From: an uncultured Bacteroidia bacterium | Lineage (GTDB): Bacteria; Bacteroidota; Bacteroidia; Bacteroidales; UBA932 | Reading direction: 5' to 3' | Assembly (NCBI GenBank): GCA_902789245.1 | Contig: CADAND010000010.1 | Span: 9,323 to 73,322, forward strand | Length of the DNA stretch: 64,000 nt | Part shown: positions 45,411 to 55,185 of the stretch, one piece after another | Layout: each line of letters begins with the position of its first letter | Numbering within the stretch: the stretch's first letter is position 1 | Made by a program: the position numbers and the translations under genes | The notes under the pieces: model-generated | Seen by the model: only the letters and a program-made list of their open reading frames with translations | What the model was told of the DNA's origin: nothing | The model's database searches: none

Positions 45411-46451
45411 ATGAAAACCGTTTTCTTCACCCTGTTATCCCTGATCACCATGACCGCCTGCGCCAGCAACTACACGGACCTGACCGTCAATGATTTCGAG
45501 AAAACCGCCTACGACGGCATCTGCGCCATCGTGGACGTCCGCACCCCCGAAGAATACGCCGCCGGACACCTGCGCGACGCCGCCAACTGCGACTGGGAGG
45601 CCGAAGGCTTCCTGGAAGCCATCCAGGCGAAGTACCCGAAGGAAGCTCCCCTCGCCATCTACTGCCGCACCGGCAGACGCAGCGCCGCCGCAGCCGCCAA
45701 ACTCGCCGGAGCCGGCTACACCGTCTACAACCTGCAGGGAGGCATCGAGGCCTGGACCGCGGCCGGGAAGCCCACCCAGACCTACGAAGTGGAGATTTTC
45801 TTCACGGAGAGCTTCAGCCCGGTGGCCATCACCCTGCTCAAGCACGGCACCCTCGCGCTCTCCTACCAGGGAGCGACCATCCATATCGACCCCGTGAGCG
45901 GGCTGGGCAAGCCCACGGACTACGCGAAGGAATTCCCCAAGGCGGACGCCATCTTCATCACCCACGAGCACGGCGACCACCTCGACAAGGAGGCCGTCAG
46001 CGCCCTCTGCGAGGATGGTAAGACCCTGCTCATCGCGAATCCCAACAGCGTTCAGCAACTGGGCCAGGGCATCGCCCAGCGCAACGGCGACGAGGGCGAA
46101 CTCGCCTGCGGCATCCAGTTCGCCGCCGTCCCGGCCTACAACTACAGCGAAGGCCGCACGGGCTTCCACCCGAAAGGGCGCGACAACGGCTATGTCTTCG
46201 ACATCGAAGACCTGCGCATCTACGTGGCCGGCGACACGGAGGACATCCCGGAGCTCGCTGACATCGAGGATGTCGACATCGTCTTCCTTCCTGTGAATCA
46301 GCCGTATACGATGACCGTCGAGCAGTGCGTCAAGGCAGCGAAGGTCCTCCGGCCCCGCATCCTGATCCCCTACCACTTCTCCAACACGGACCTCTCCGCC
46401 CTGCCCGGGCAACTGCCCGGCATCGAGGTGCTCCTGCGCCAGATGCAGTAG
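45411..46451 (+). CDS. lipoprotein fusion: rhodanese domain + MBL-fold (UlaG/Lactamase_B_3-like) hydrolase domain
   Basis: Lipobox LITMTAC; rhodanese active loop YCRTGRRS; MBL motif ITHEHGDHLD, ...YVAGDT..., ..IPYHF. It is the 3-prime part of track ORF 44841..46451. TATATTTG box at 45380-45387. Confidence 0.8.
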   Translation: MKTVFFTLLSLITMTACASNYTDLTVNDFEKTAYDGICAIVDVRTPEEYAAGHLRDAANCDWEAEGFLEAIQAKYPKEAPLAIYCRTGRRSAAAAAKLAGAGYTVYNLQGGIEAWTAAGKPTQTYEVEIFFTESFSPVAITLLKHGTLALSYQGATIHIDPVSGLGKPTDYAKEFPKADAIFITHEHGDHLDKEAVSALCEDGKTLLIANPNSVQQLGQGIAQRNGDEGELACGIQFAAVPAYNYSEGRTGFHPKGRDNGYVFDIEDLRIYVAGDTEDIPELADIEDVDIVFLPVNQPYTMTVEQCVKAAKVLRPRILIPYHFSNTDLSALPGQLPGIEVLLRQMQ

Positions 46452-46493
46452 CGCATTTGCAACCCGGTTGCAAATAGAAGACGATATCTTTGC

Positions 46494-46967
46494 GTGACAA
46501 ATAGAAAAACTCTGCTGGTCATCTTCGGCACCGGCATGCATTTCGTGCACCATTTCCCCTGGTTCAACCATTTCTGGGGCTACATCTTCCCGGTCACGGA
46601 AAGCGTCATGGCGCACATGAAGATGAACTTCTACCCGATGCTGCTGTTCGCGATCTACCTCGTGATCACCCGCCGGGACATCAAGGAATTCGGCGCGCCC
46701 ATCCTGGCCGGCCTGGCGGTCATGCCCGTGGTCGTGCTCGTCTTCTATTCCTACTGGATCTTCGTGCGGCACGAGATCCTGCCGCTGGACATCGTCATCT
46801 ACACCGCCTCCGTCGTCCTGTCGGTTTTCTGGGCCCTGCGCTGGCGCAAAAACGAGACCGTTCGCAAGCTGTGGCCGCTCTGGATTGCCGTGGCCGTCCT
46901 GACCATCATCCTGACCGGGGTCATGACCTACCACTATCCGGACTGGCAGATTTTCCTGGATAAATAG
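46494..46967 (+). CDS. polytopic membrane protein of unknown function
   Basis: About 5 hydrophobic helices. GTG 46494 lies 1 nt after TATCTTTG (46485-46492), so the true start may be ATG 46536. Confidence 0.55.
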   Translation: MTNRKTLLVIFGTGMHFVHHFPWFNHFWGYIFPVTESVMAHMKMNFYPMLLFAIYLVITRRDIKEFGAPILAGLAVMPVVVLVFYSYWIFVRHEILPLDIVIYTASVVLSVFWALRWRKNETVRKLWPLWIAVAVLTIILTGVMTYHYPDWQIFLDK

Positions 46968-47015
46968 CATACCGGATAAACAACATTATTGGCAAAAGTT
47001 GTTATCTTTGTTTTC

Positions 47016-48869
47016 ATGAAGAAGATAACACTCCTGCTGTCCCTCCTTTCGCTGCTGGCCATCGGCTGCAGCCGGGATTTCCGTTCTCCGAACGGCACTT
47101 TGAAAGCCACGGTCGACGGCCAGACCGTCTCCGTCTATTACCAGAATACCCTGGCGGCTACGGTCCATCTCGGACTCGTGACGGCCGAAGCGGACCTGGA
47201 TTCCGCCCTGACCTTCACCGGAAGCACGCCGAAATCGCTCATCAACGACGACTATATGATGAAGACCGGCAAGCGGGCGCACTGCCAGAACACCGCCAAG
47301 CAGTACCGGCTCTCTTATAAGAATCCGGCCGGGGACAAGCTGGACGTGCTCATCCGCCTCTATGACGACGGCTTCGCCTTCAGCTACCAGCTGCCCGGCG
47401 ACGTGGAGACGCTTGAAGACCGTTCCGCCTGGCAGATCGCCGAAGGCACCCCCCGCTGGATGGCCCAGCTCAAGACGGACTACGAGTCCTACTATCCTTT
47501 CTCCACCAGCGGCAAGCCCAATCCGGACGACCCGATGGCGCGTTTCAACCGCAATCCCGGCGCCTGGGGCTTCCCGGCCCTCTACGAGCCGGCGGAGGGC
47601 GTGTTCGCGCTGCTCAGCGAATCCGACCTGCGCCACGGCGACAGCGCCGCCTCGCTCGACAACCGCGCGGACAGCGAATGGTACCGCGTGCACCTGACCG
47701 GCCCCGCACACTTCGCCGAGGGCCGCTCCCCCTGGCGCCTGGCGATCATCGGCTCCCTCGCCGACGTGGTCGAATCCACCCTGGTGACCGACCTCGCCAG
47801 CTACACGGCCTTTGATCCGGACTGGGTGGAGCCCGGCGTCTCCTCCTGGATCTACTGGGCATACAACCACGGCTCCAAGGATTTCGCCCTGATCAAGTCC
47901 TACATCGACCTGGCCGCCGCACAGGGCTGGCCCTACTGCCTGGTGGACTGGGAATGGCCCCAGATGGAAGGCGGATACAGCATCGAGGACGTGATGGCCT
48001 ACGCCAAGGAAAAAGGAATCAAGATCAACCTCTGGTACAACTCCGGCACCTCCTGGGTGGGCGCAGGCGCGCCCCAGCCCGAGGATTGCCTGAATGAGCC
48101 CGAACGTCGCGAGCAGGAGCTCGCCTGGCTCGAGAGCCTCGGCGTGAGCGGCATCAAGGTGGACTTCTTCCTCCCGGATGACGCCCGCATGGTCGACTAC
48201 TACCTGGACATCCTCGAGGACGCCGCCCGGCACCATCTGCTGGTGGACTTCCACGGCTGCACGATCCCGCGCGGCTGGCAGCACACCTGGCCGAACATGG
48301 TCTCCATGGAGAGCGTGCTTGGCGCGGAATGGTACAACAACGGTCCTTTCCTGACCCCCCGGGCCGCCTCCCACAACGCCACGCTCCCCTTCACGCGTGG
48401 CGTCATCGGCCCGATGGACTACACCCCCGGCACCTTCACCGACAGCCAGTTCCCGCACATCACCACCTACGCCCACGAACTGGCGCTGCCCATCCTCTTC
48501 GAGTCCGGTCTTCAGCATATGCCCGACCGGCCGGAGGCCTACGCCGCGCTGCCCGCCGAGGTGCAGGCGATGCTCTCCGGGCTGCCGGCCGCCTGGGACG
48601 ACACCCGCCTGCTGGCCGGTTATCCGGGCGAATTCGCCGTCCTGGCGCGCCAGAAAGATGGCAAATGGTACATCGCCGGCATCAACGGCGGCGACGAGCC
48701 GAAGGAGATCAGCTTCTCGCTGGACCGCCTGAACGCCCCGCAGGGCAGCTGGACGCTCTTCGCCGACGGCGACGAGGACCGCAGCTTCCGCATCGGGACG
48801 ATCAGCCCGGAGGGCGACGTCACGGTCCCCTGCCGCGCCCGCGGCGGTTTCGTGCTGGTGCTTGATTAG
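47016..48869 (+). CDS. glycoside hydrolase family 97 lipoprotein (alpha-glucosidase/alpha-galactosidase type)
   Basis: Lipobox LLAIGC; RLYDDGFAFSYQLP; SPWRLAIIGSLADVVESTLVTDL; DWEW; GIKVDFF; VDFHGCTIPRGWQHTWPN; ESVLGAEW. Confidence 0.9.
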   Translation: MKKITLLLSLLSLLAIGCSRDFRSPNGTLKATVDGQTVSVYYQNTLAATVHLGLVTAEADLDSALTFTGSTPKSLINDDYMMKTGKRAHCQNTAKQYRLSYKNPAGDKLDVLIRLYDDGFAFSYQLPGDVETLEDRSAWQIAEGTPRWMAQLKTDYESYYPFSTSGKPNPDDPMARFNRNPGAWGFPALYEPAEGVFALLSESDLRHGDSAASLDNRADSEWYRVHLTGPAHFAEGRSPWRLAIIGSLADVVESTLVTDLASYTAFDPDWVEPGVSSWIYWAYNHGSKDFALIKSYIDLAAAQGWPYCLVDWEWPQMEGGYSIEDVMAYAKEKGIKINLWYNSGTSWVGAGAPQPEDCLNEPERREQELAWLESLGVSGIKVDFFLPDDARMVDYYLDILEDAARHHLLVDFHGCTIPRGWQHTWPNMVSMESVLGAEWYNNGPFLTPRAASHNATLPFTRGVIGPMDYTPGTFTDSQFPHITTYAHELALPILFESGLQHMPDRPEAYAALPAEVQAMLSGLPAAWDDTRLLAGYPGEFAVLARQKDGKWYIAGINGGDEPKEISFSLDRLNAPQGSWTLFADGDEDRSFRIGTISPEGDVTVPCRARGGFVLVLD

Positions 48870-48880
48870 GCTTGTGAAAT

Positions 48881-49609
48881 ATGGAAAAAAAGCTCGTCAT
48901 CATTCCGACATACAACGAGATTGAGAACATCTCCAAAATCATCCAGGCAGTATTCGGACTGCCTAGTGAGTATCAGATCCTCGTGATCGACGACGGCTCC
49001 CCGGACGGGACCGCCGACGTGGTCAAAGGCCTCCAGAAGGTCTATCCGGAGCGGCTCCACCTGATGGAGCGCAGCGGCAAGCTGGGGCTCGGCACGGCCT
49101 ACGTGGCCGGCTTCAAATGGGCCCTGGAGCGCGACTACGACTACGTCTTCGAGATGGACGCCGACTTTTCCCACAACCCGGCCGATCTCCCGCGCCTGCT
49201 GGAAGCCTGCACGGTCGGCGGCGCCGACATGTCCATCGGCTCACGCTACTGCGACGGCATCAACGTCGTCAACTGGCCGCTGGGCCGCATCATGATGTCC
49301 TACTGCGCCTCGCTGTACGTCCGCGCCGCCCTGGGCGTGCGGATCTGTGACAGCACGGCCGGCTTCGTCTGTTACTCCCGCAAGGTCCTGGAGGCCATCG
49401 ACCTGGATGCCGTGAAGATGAAAGGTTACGGCTTCCAGATCGAGCTGAAATACACCGCCAGGAAGCTGGGCTTCAAGATCAAGGAGGTCTCCGTGATCTT
49501 CGTGAACCGTCAGGAGGGCACCTCCAAGATGTCCGGTAGCATTTTCGGCGAAGCCTTCTGGGGGGTGTTGGGCCTGCGTTTCCGCAAAATCCGTCCCGCA
49601 CAGCGATGA
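48881..49609 (+). CDS. polyprenol-phosphate mannosyltransferase-like GT2
   Basis: VIIPTYNEIENI...LVIDDGSPDGTADVV...MDADFSHNP motifs. Confidence 0.9.
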   Translation: MEKKLVIIPTYNEIENISKIIQAVFGLPSEYQILVIDDGSPDGTADVVKGLQKVYPERLHLMERSGKLGLGTAYVAGFKWALERDYDYVFEMDADFSHNPADLPRLLEACTVGGADMSIGSRYCDGINVVNWPLGRIMMSYCASLYVRAALGVRICDSTAGFVCYSRKVLEAIDLDAVKMKGYGFQIELKYTARKLGFKIKEVSVIFVNRQEGTSKMSGSIFGEAFWGVLGLRFRKIRPAQR

Positions 49610-51741
49610 AAGAAATCTATATCCAGCACATCGCCGGCCTGCTGAATCTCAAAGACTGGCAGGTCGAGAATTGCGCCGAGCTCTTCGAAGACGGAGACAC
49701 CATCCCCTTCATCAGCCGCTACCGCAAGGAGAAGACGGGCGGCATGGACGACGCCGAGGTGGCCGAAGTGCGCCACTGGGCGGACGTCTTCGCCGAGATG
49801 GAGAAACGCAAGGAGACCATCCTGAAGGTTATCGGCGAGGCCGGCGCCCTCACGGACGAGCTGCGCGACAAAATTGAGAAATGCGTCTCCGGCACGGAGC
49901 TGGAAGACCTCTACCTCCCCTGGCGCCCCAAGCGCCGCACCCGCGCCACGGCAGCGCGCGAGCTGGGCCTCGAACCCCTTGCGGACCTGCTCTGGAACGG
50001 CAAGACGCGCAATCCCGAAGCGGACGCGCGCAAGTTCGTGGGAGACAAGGTTCCCGACGTGGAAACGGCCCTCGCCGGGGCGCGCGACATCGTCGCGGAG
50101 CGCCTCAGCGAGACGGCGCTGGTACGCGAGAACCTGCGGGCCATCTTCCGCCGCCGGCGGGTGGTCGCAACGGTCACGAAGGCCGGCCGTGACAGCGCCG
50201 AGGCGGCGAAATACCGCAGCTATTTCGACTTCAAGATGCCGCTGGACCGCATCCCCTCACACAATCTGCTCGCCATCCTGCGTGCGCAGAACGAAGGGTT
50301 TCTCAATGTGAGCATCGACGCGGATGCGGAGAAGTGCGATGCCAAGATTTACTACGACCACTGCCAGGCGCACGGCTACCCCGCCGGACCGACGGCCGAC
50401 CAGGTCAGAGAGGCCGTCTCCGACGCCTTCAAGCGCCTGCTGGAGCCGTCCATCAGCGGCGAAGTCCTGCGCGAGGCCAAGGAGAAGGCCGACCGCGAGA
50501 GCATCCGCGTGTTCGGCGAGAACCTCCGCCAGCTGCTGCTCTCCGCCCCCGTGGGGCAGAAGCGCACCATGGCCATCGACCCGGGCTTCCGCAACGGCTG
50601 CAAGATCGCCTGTCTGGACGAGCAGGGCGGCCTGCTCTACCATACCATCATTTACCCCCATCCCCCGCAGAACGAGAAGGTCAAGGCCATCATGGCCGTG
50701 CAGGACATGCTGAACAAATACGGCATCCAGGCCGTCGCCATCGGCAACGGCACGGCCTCCCGCGAGACGGAGGATTTCATGCGGCGCGTCCAGCTGCCCG
50801 ACGGATGTAAAGTATGGACAGTCAGCGAGGACGGCGCCTCCATCTACAGCGCCTCTGAAATTGCGCGGCAGGAGTTTCCGGACGAGGACGTAACCGTGCG
50901 CGGAGCCGTGTCGATCGGCCGCCGCCTGATGGATCCCCTCGCGGAGCTCGTCAAGATCGACCCCAAAAACCTCGGCATCGGCCAGTACCAGCACGACGTG
51001 GACCAGGCGCTCCTCAAGGAGCAGCTCGACAACACGGTCGAGAGCTGCGTGAACGCCGTGGGCGTCAACCTCAATACCGCCTCTCCCTACCTGCTGGCCT
51101 ACGTGGCCGGCATCGGCCCCACCCTGGCGGAGAACATCATCGCCTACCGGACTGAGAACGGCGGCTTCCGCAGCCGCGCCGAGCTCCGGCAAGTGCCGCG
51201 CCTCGGGCCGAAGGCCTTCGAGCAGTGCGCGGGCTTCCTGCGCATCCGCGGTGCGGAGAATCCGCTGGACGGCTCCGCCGTACACCCCGAGTCCTACGGC
51301 ATCGTGGACAAGATGGCGAAGTCGCTGGGTGTCAGCACGAAAGAGCTGGTCGGCAACGCCGAACTCTGCGCGAAGATCCAGGCGAAAGACTATGTCTCGG
51401 AAAAAGCCGGTCTGCCGACTGTCAACGACATCCTCAAGGAGCTCGCCAAGCCGGGTCTGGACCCGCGCGAGCAGGCGTCCGAATTCGCCTTCGCCGAGGA
51501 CATCCACGGCATCGAGGACCTGCAGGTCGGCATGGAACTGCCCGGCATCGTCACGAACATCACCAACTTCGGCGCCTTCGTCGACATCGGCATCCACGAC
51601 AACGGCCTCGTGCACGTGTCCCAGATGGGCCCGCGCGGCACCGACCCGACCAAGGTCGTGAAGCTGCACCAGCAGGTACGCGTCGCCGTCACCGCCGTCG
51701 ATCTCGACCGCGGCCGCATTTCTCTCAGATTGCTGAAATAA
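49606..51741 (+). CDS. tex: Tex-like RNA-binding transcription accessory protein (YqgF + HhH + S1 domains)
   Basis: TIPFISRYRKEKTGGMDD, AIDPGFRNGCK, GNGTASRETE; C-terminal S1 domain GMELPGIVTNITNFGAFVDIG. Confidence 0.95.
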   Translation: MKEIYIQHIAGLLNLKDWQVENCAELFEDGDTIPFISRYRKEKTGGMDDAEVAEVRHWADVFAEMEKRKETILKVIGEAGALTDELRDKIEKCVSGTELEDLYLPWRPKRRTRATAARELGLEPLADLLWNGKTRNPEADARKFVGDKVPDVETALAGARDIVAERLSETALVRENLRAIFRRRRVVATVTKAGRDSAEAAKYRSYFDFKMPLDRIPSHNLLAILRAQNEGFLNVSIDADAEKCDAKIYYDHCQAHGYPAGPTADQVREAVSDAFKRLLEPSISGEVLREAKEKADRESIRVFGENLRQLLLSAPVGQKRTMAIDPGFRNGCKIACLDEQGGLLYHTIIYPHPPQNEKVKAIMAVQDMLNKYGIQAVAIGNGTASRETEDFMRRVQLPDGCKVWTVSEDGASIYSASEIARQEFPDEDVTVRGAVSIGRRLMDPLAELVKIDPKNLGIGQYQHDVDQALLKEQLDNTVESCVNAVGVNLNTASPYLLAYVAGIGPTLAENIIAYRTENGGFRSRAELRQVPRLGPKAFEQCAGFLRIRGAENPLDGSAVHPESYGIVDKMAKSLGVSTKELVGNAELCAKIQAKDYVSEKAGLPTVNDILKELAKPGLDPREQASEFAFAEDIHGIEDLQVGMELPGIVTNITNFGAFVDIGIHDNGLVHVSQMGPRGTDPTKVVKLHQQVRVAVTAVDLDRGRISLRLLK

Positions 51742-52620
51742 CTACTGGAAGATCCGCTTGCTGAAGTCTTCGAAGAAATCGATCCAGTTGTACCACTCGT
51801 GGCCACCCTCGGCCAGAACGAAGTCGTGCGGGTAGCCGTGCCGTTTCAGGCGCCTGTGGAAGAACTCGATATGGGGGCGGAAGAAGTCCGTCTTGCCGAT
51901 GTAGATCACATACTCCTTCGGGGGGATGGAGAACTGCTCCTCCAGCTTCCAGGCAAGTCCCTTGTACACATCCCGGTGGTACTTGGCCGCCATGGTCGCC
52001 TGGGTATAAGGCGACATCAACCCCACATAACCGTATGTCTGGGGGTTGTTCGCCGAGAGATAGACCGCCTGCAGGCCGCCGTTGGACATGCCCGCGATGG
52101 CGCGCCCCTCCTTGGTCGGGACGGTGCGGTAGCGGCGGTCCACAAAGCCCACCACATCCTGCCGGAAATAGCGTTCCATCTCGCCGGTCTGGGTCCAGAA
52201 AGCCGGCATGGCGCGCAGACAGCGGCCGTTGTTGTAGTCCTTGTCGTTGGCGTAACGGTTCATATTCGGCATGACCAGGATGAAGTCTTTCGCCAAGCCC
52301 CCGGCACGCAGGGAATCCAGGCGGTGGAAGACATCAGCGCTGTCCACCCAGGTCTTCTCGTTGCCGCGGGCGCCATGGAAGAGGTACAGGACCGGATAGC
52401 GCTTGAGCGTGTCCCGATAGTAATCTTTCGGCAGATAGACCAGCATGCGCCGCTGGGTGAGGCGGGGTTCGCTGCTGGGATAATTCACGGCCTCGACAAT
52501 GCCCTCCCCGGGGAGGGCTTCCAGGACGCTGTTCTCCGGGCCGCGCCCATAGCGCGCGGAGGTGCCGCAGGCGCAGAGGGCGGTTGCAAGTATCAGGAAT
52601 AAGAAGGATCGCTTCATCAT
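51742..52620 (-). CDS. secreted esterase / alpha-beta hydrolase (putative esterase family)
   Basis: Lipobox ATALCAC; YLFHGARGNEKTW; nucleophile elbow GMSNGG. ATGA-type overlap with the upstream GT4 stop. Confidence 0.85.
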   Translation of the reverse strand: MMKRSFLFLILATALCACGTSARYGRGPENSVLEALPGEGIVEAVNYPSSEPRLTQRRMLVYLPKDYYRDTLKRYPVLYLFHGARGNEKTWVDSADVFHRLDSLRAGGLAKDFILVMPNMNRYANDKDYNNGRCLRAMPAFWTQTGEMERYFRQDVVGFVDRRYRTVPTKEGRAIAGMSNGGLQAVYLSANNPQTYGYVGLMSPYTQATMAAKYHRDVYKGLAWKLEEQFSIPPKEYVIYIGKTDFFRPHIEFFHRRLKRHGYPHDFVLAEGGHEWYNWIDFFEDFSKRIFQ

Positions 52621-53768
52621 GCTTTCGAATCGAGTGCCTGGCGGAACATCGCCACCAGGGCTTCAGCGGATTTGTTGATATCGTAGTTGCGGGCGGAGTC
52701 GGCGTAGCGCTGCGCCATCTCGTTGCGCTTCTCGGGGTGCTCGATCCACCAGTCGATGCGCTCGGCCAGGGCCTTGCTGTCATAGACCGGATACAGGCTC
52801 TCCGGGCAGAGCGCGAACACGGACGTGCCGATCATGTCGCCTTCCGCGATCACGGGCACGGCACCCTCGCGTACGGCTTCCAGGCAGGAAAGGCCTTCGA
52901 CTTCCACCCACGCGCAGTGGATGTAGAGGTAGGACGTGCGCGCCAGTTCGTGCAACTGGTCGTGGTTGTAGAAACCGAAGGTGGGTGGCGTCTTCAGAAT
53001 TCCCTCCTGAAGGAGGTGGTCAGCCATCTTGCGGTATTTCTTCTCTTTGGTCCCCCGCCCGGCGAAGATCAGGCGGATGCGGTCCGCGTAGCGGCTGTAG
53101 CGCATCGCGTTCAGGAGCGTGTCCTGCGATTTCTCCTTGGACAGGCGGCCGACGCAGAGGAGGTCGATCGTCCCGTCCGCCGACACGGGCGTGGCCTTCA
53201 CAGGCTCCGCCGGGATGGCGATGCCGTTCGAGATCACGTGCAAGCGGGACTTGTAGCCCTCCTTCGCCAATTGGTCGCGCACGGCGGGCGTCGGGCACTG
53301 GATGTCCGTGCAGGGATCGAAGACGAAGCGGCGCCACAGATACATCATCGGCCAGTTGATGATGCTGTTCTTGGAGAAACCGAGGTTGGCGAAGAAATTC
53401 TGCGCAAAGACGTGGTAGGTCGCGGTCAGGGTCTTACCCACTCTGCGGGCTTCGTTCAAGACCGCACCCTGCAAGAACAGGCCTTCCTGGATGTGGACGA
53501 TGTCCGCCCATTCGACGGCTTCGCGGATCTTCTTTTTGTCAATCTTGGCGTAAGCCAGGCCGTTGGCGTAGATGATGGGCTCGAAGATGGGGAATTTCCA
53601 GTGCTCCAGCGGGTATTCGGGTTGCGGGCCGTTGGGGTCCGGATTGGCGATCGACATCAGGCGCACGTCCACGCCATGCTCGCGGAGCGCAGACATCGTA
53701 GCCTTGACTGCAACGCTCTGTCCGTTCCCCTTATGATATACGTTATTACAGACGAAAAGGACTTTCAT
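52617..53768 (-). CDS. glycosyltransferase family 4, paralog A
   Basis: MKVLFVCNNVYHKGNGQSV...VGRLSKEKSQDTLLNAM...WVEVEGLSCLEAVREGAVPV. The true ATG is at 53768; the track ORF to 54440 is an upstream extension. Confidence 0.85.
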   Translation of the reverse strand: MKVLFVCNNVYHKGNGQSVAVKATMSALREHGVDVRLMSIANPDPNGPQPEYPLEHWKFPIFEPIIYANGLAYAKIDKKKIREAVEWADIVHIQEGLFLQGAVLNEARRVGKTLTATYHVFAQNFFANLGFSKNSIINWPMMYLWRRFVFDPCTDIQCPTPAVRDQLAKEGYKSRLHVISNGIAIPAEPVKATPVSADGTIDLLCVGRLSKEKSQDTLLNAMRYSRYADRIRLIFAGRGTKEKKYRKMADHLLQEGILKTPPTFGFYNHDQLHELARTSYLYIHCAWVEVEGLSCLEAVREGAVPVIAEGDMIGTSVFALCPESLYPVYDSKALAERIDWWIEHPEKRNEMAQRYADSARNYDINKSAEALVAMFRQALDSKA

Positions 53769-53786
53769 TCTCTTGAAAAAAGTCCG

Positions 53787-53794
53787 CAAATATA
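53787..53794 (-). promoter_or_regulatory. -7 box TATATTTG for GT4 paralog A
   Basis: Minus strand AATGTGTATATTTGCGG, 18 nt upstream of ATG. Confidence 0.6.
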
Positions 53795-53881
53795 CACATT
53801 TCTTCCCGATTAAAGAGGCCTTGTTTCTCCGTCTGCAAGAGCGTGCGAATGGAATAAACGGGATAATCCGGGAATTATGTG

Positions 53882-53889
53882 TATCTTTG
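53882..53889 (+). promoter_or_regulatory. -7 box TATCTTTG for GT4 paralog B
   Basis: Plus strand TATGTGTATCTTTGCAC, 20 nt upstream of ATG. Confidence 0.6.
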
Positions 53890-53909
53890 CACCCCCAACA
53901 AGATGAAAA

Positions 53910-55055
53910 ATGAAAGTACTGTTTGTCTGCAATAATGCATATAATCCCGGAAACGGAATCAGTGTTTCCATCAACACGGCTCTTCGCAAACTTCGCGAGC
54001 ACGGTGTGGATGCCCGCCTCATGGCGGTTCACAACCGGGACGAGAAAGGACCGCAGCCCGAGTTCCCCCTGGGCCATTTCAAGTTCCCCATCTTCGAGCC
54101 CATCATTTACTCCAGCGGCTTTGCCTACGCGAAAATAGAAAGAGACAAGATTTCCGAAGCACTTGAATGGGCGGACATCGTCCACGTCCAGGAAGGAATG
54201 CCACTCGAAAATGTGGTTGTCCGGATGGCGAGGAAAATGGGAAAAACCATCACCGGAACCTTCCACATGTTCCCGCAGAATATTCTGGCCAGCCTCGGGT
54301 TTCCCAAGTACAACTTCGTCAACCCCTTCCTGCGCGCCAACTGGAAAGGGCTCATCTACGACCATTGCACGGATATCCAATGTCCTTCGGCCGTCGTGCG
54401 GGACTACCTGCTCAAGCACGGCTTCAAGGCACGGCTGCACGTGATCTCGAACGGCATCGACATCCCGGACGAACCGGTGAAAGCATCGACCGTACTGCCA
54501 GAAGGGACGATTGACATCCTCTGTATCAGCCGCCTCTCACGCGAGAAATCCCAGGACACACTGCTGAACGCCATGCGCTACAGCCGCTACGCGGACCGCA
54601 TCCGTCTGGTCTTCGCAGGCAACGGTCCGAAAGCCGGGTATTACAAGAAAATCGCAGACCGTCTGCACCGGAAGGGCATCTTGAAGATACCCGCCTCGTT
54701 CGGCTTCTATACGCAGGCTGAACTTCGCGAACTTACGCGCAAGTGCTACCTCTACGTTCACTGTGCATGGGTGGAGGTCGAAGGGCTTTCCTGCCTCGAG
54801 GCGCTGCGCGAAGGCATCGTGCCCGTCATTGCGGAAGGCGACCTGATCGGAACTTCCAACTTTGCCCTGAGCCCGGAAAGCCGCTATCCCGTCTATGACA
54901 GCCACGCGCTGGCCGAGCGGATCGACTGGTGGATCGAGCATCCCGAAGAGCGCAACCGGATGGCGCAGCGCTATGCGGACGCCGCCCGGGAGTTCGATAA
55001 CAACAAGACAATCGAATCCCTGATCGGCATGTTCCACCAGGCGCTGGGGCAATAA
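53910..55055 (+). CDS. glycosyltransferase family 4, paralog B
   Basis: MKVLFVCNNAYNPGNGISV...ISRLSREKSQDTLLNAM...WVEVEGLSCLEALREGIVPV; colinear with paralog A over the full length. Confidence 0.85.
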   Translation: MKVLFVCNNAYNPGNGISVSINTALRKLREHGVDARLMAVHNRDEKGPQPEFPLGHFKFPIFEPIIYSSGFAYAKIERDKISEALEWADIVHVQEGMPLENVVVRMARKMGKTITGTFHMFPQNILASLGFPKYNFVNPFLRANWKGLIYDHCTDIQCPSAVVRDYLLKHGFKARLHVISNGIDIPDEPVKASTVLPEGTIDILCISRLSREKSQDTLLNAMRYSRYADRIRLVFAGNGPKAGYYKKIADRLHRKGILKIPASFGFYTQAELRELTRKCYLYVHCAWVEVEGLSCLEALREGIVPVIAEGDLIGTSNFALSPESRYPVYDSHALAERIDWWIEHPEERNRMAQRYADAAREFDNNKTIESLIGMFHQALGQ

Positions 55056-55117
55056 GAATCCGTAGTGTCGGGGCGGCAGTGTTGTTGCCCTCGGGGGCAG
55101 GTTTCCGAAAAATTATA

Positions 55118-55154
55118 GGAAAACTCCGAAAAAGATTAGGAGTTTTGATTTTTG
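55118..55154 (+). terminator. rho-independent terminator after GT4 paralog B
   Basis: AAAACTCC-N11-GGAGTTTT followed by GATTTTTG. Confidence 0.7.
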
Positions 55155-55185
55155 TTTGTATATTTGCAGTGGAAACACTGTAACT

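Noticed and set aside
44841-46451. 536-aa ORF running through tRNA-Ser and a terminator into the rhodanese-MBL gene. Similar 5-prime over-extensions occur at 5541-6374, 18832-19965, 43222-43707 and 52617-54440.
   Set aside because: The upstream parts cross RNA genes, terminators or other CDSs and are compositionally junk. Internal ATGs preceded by promoter boxes or coupled to upstream stops give proteins with proper signal peptides or N-termini.
46453-46478. Palindrome CATTTGCAAC-ccg-GTTGCAAAT after the rhodanese-MBL gene as a regulatory site
   Set aside because: It sits right after a stop codon and before the next promoter box, with no T-run. This is most simply a weak terminator or stabilising stem, and the evidence is insufficient for anything more.
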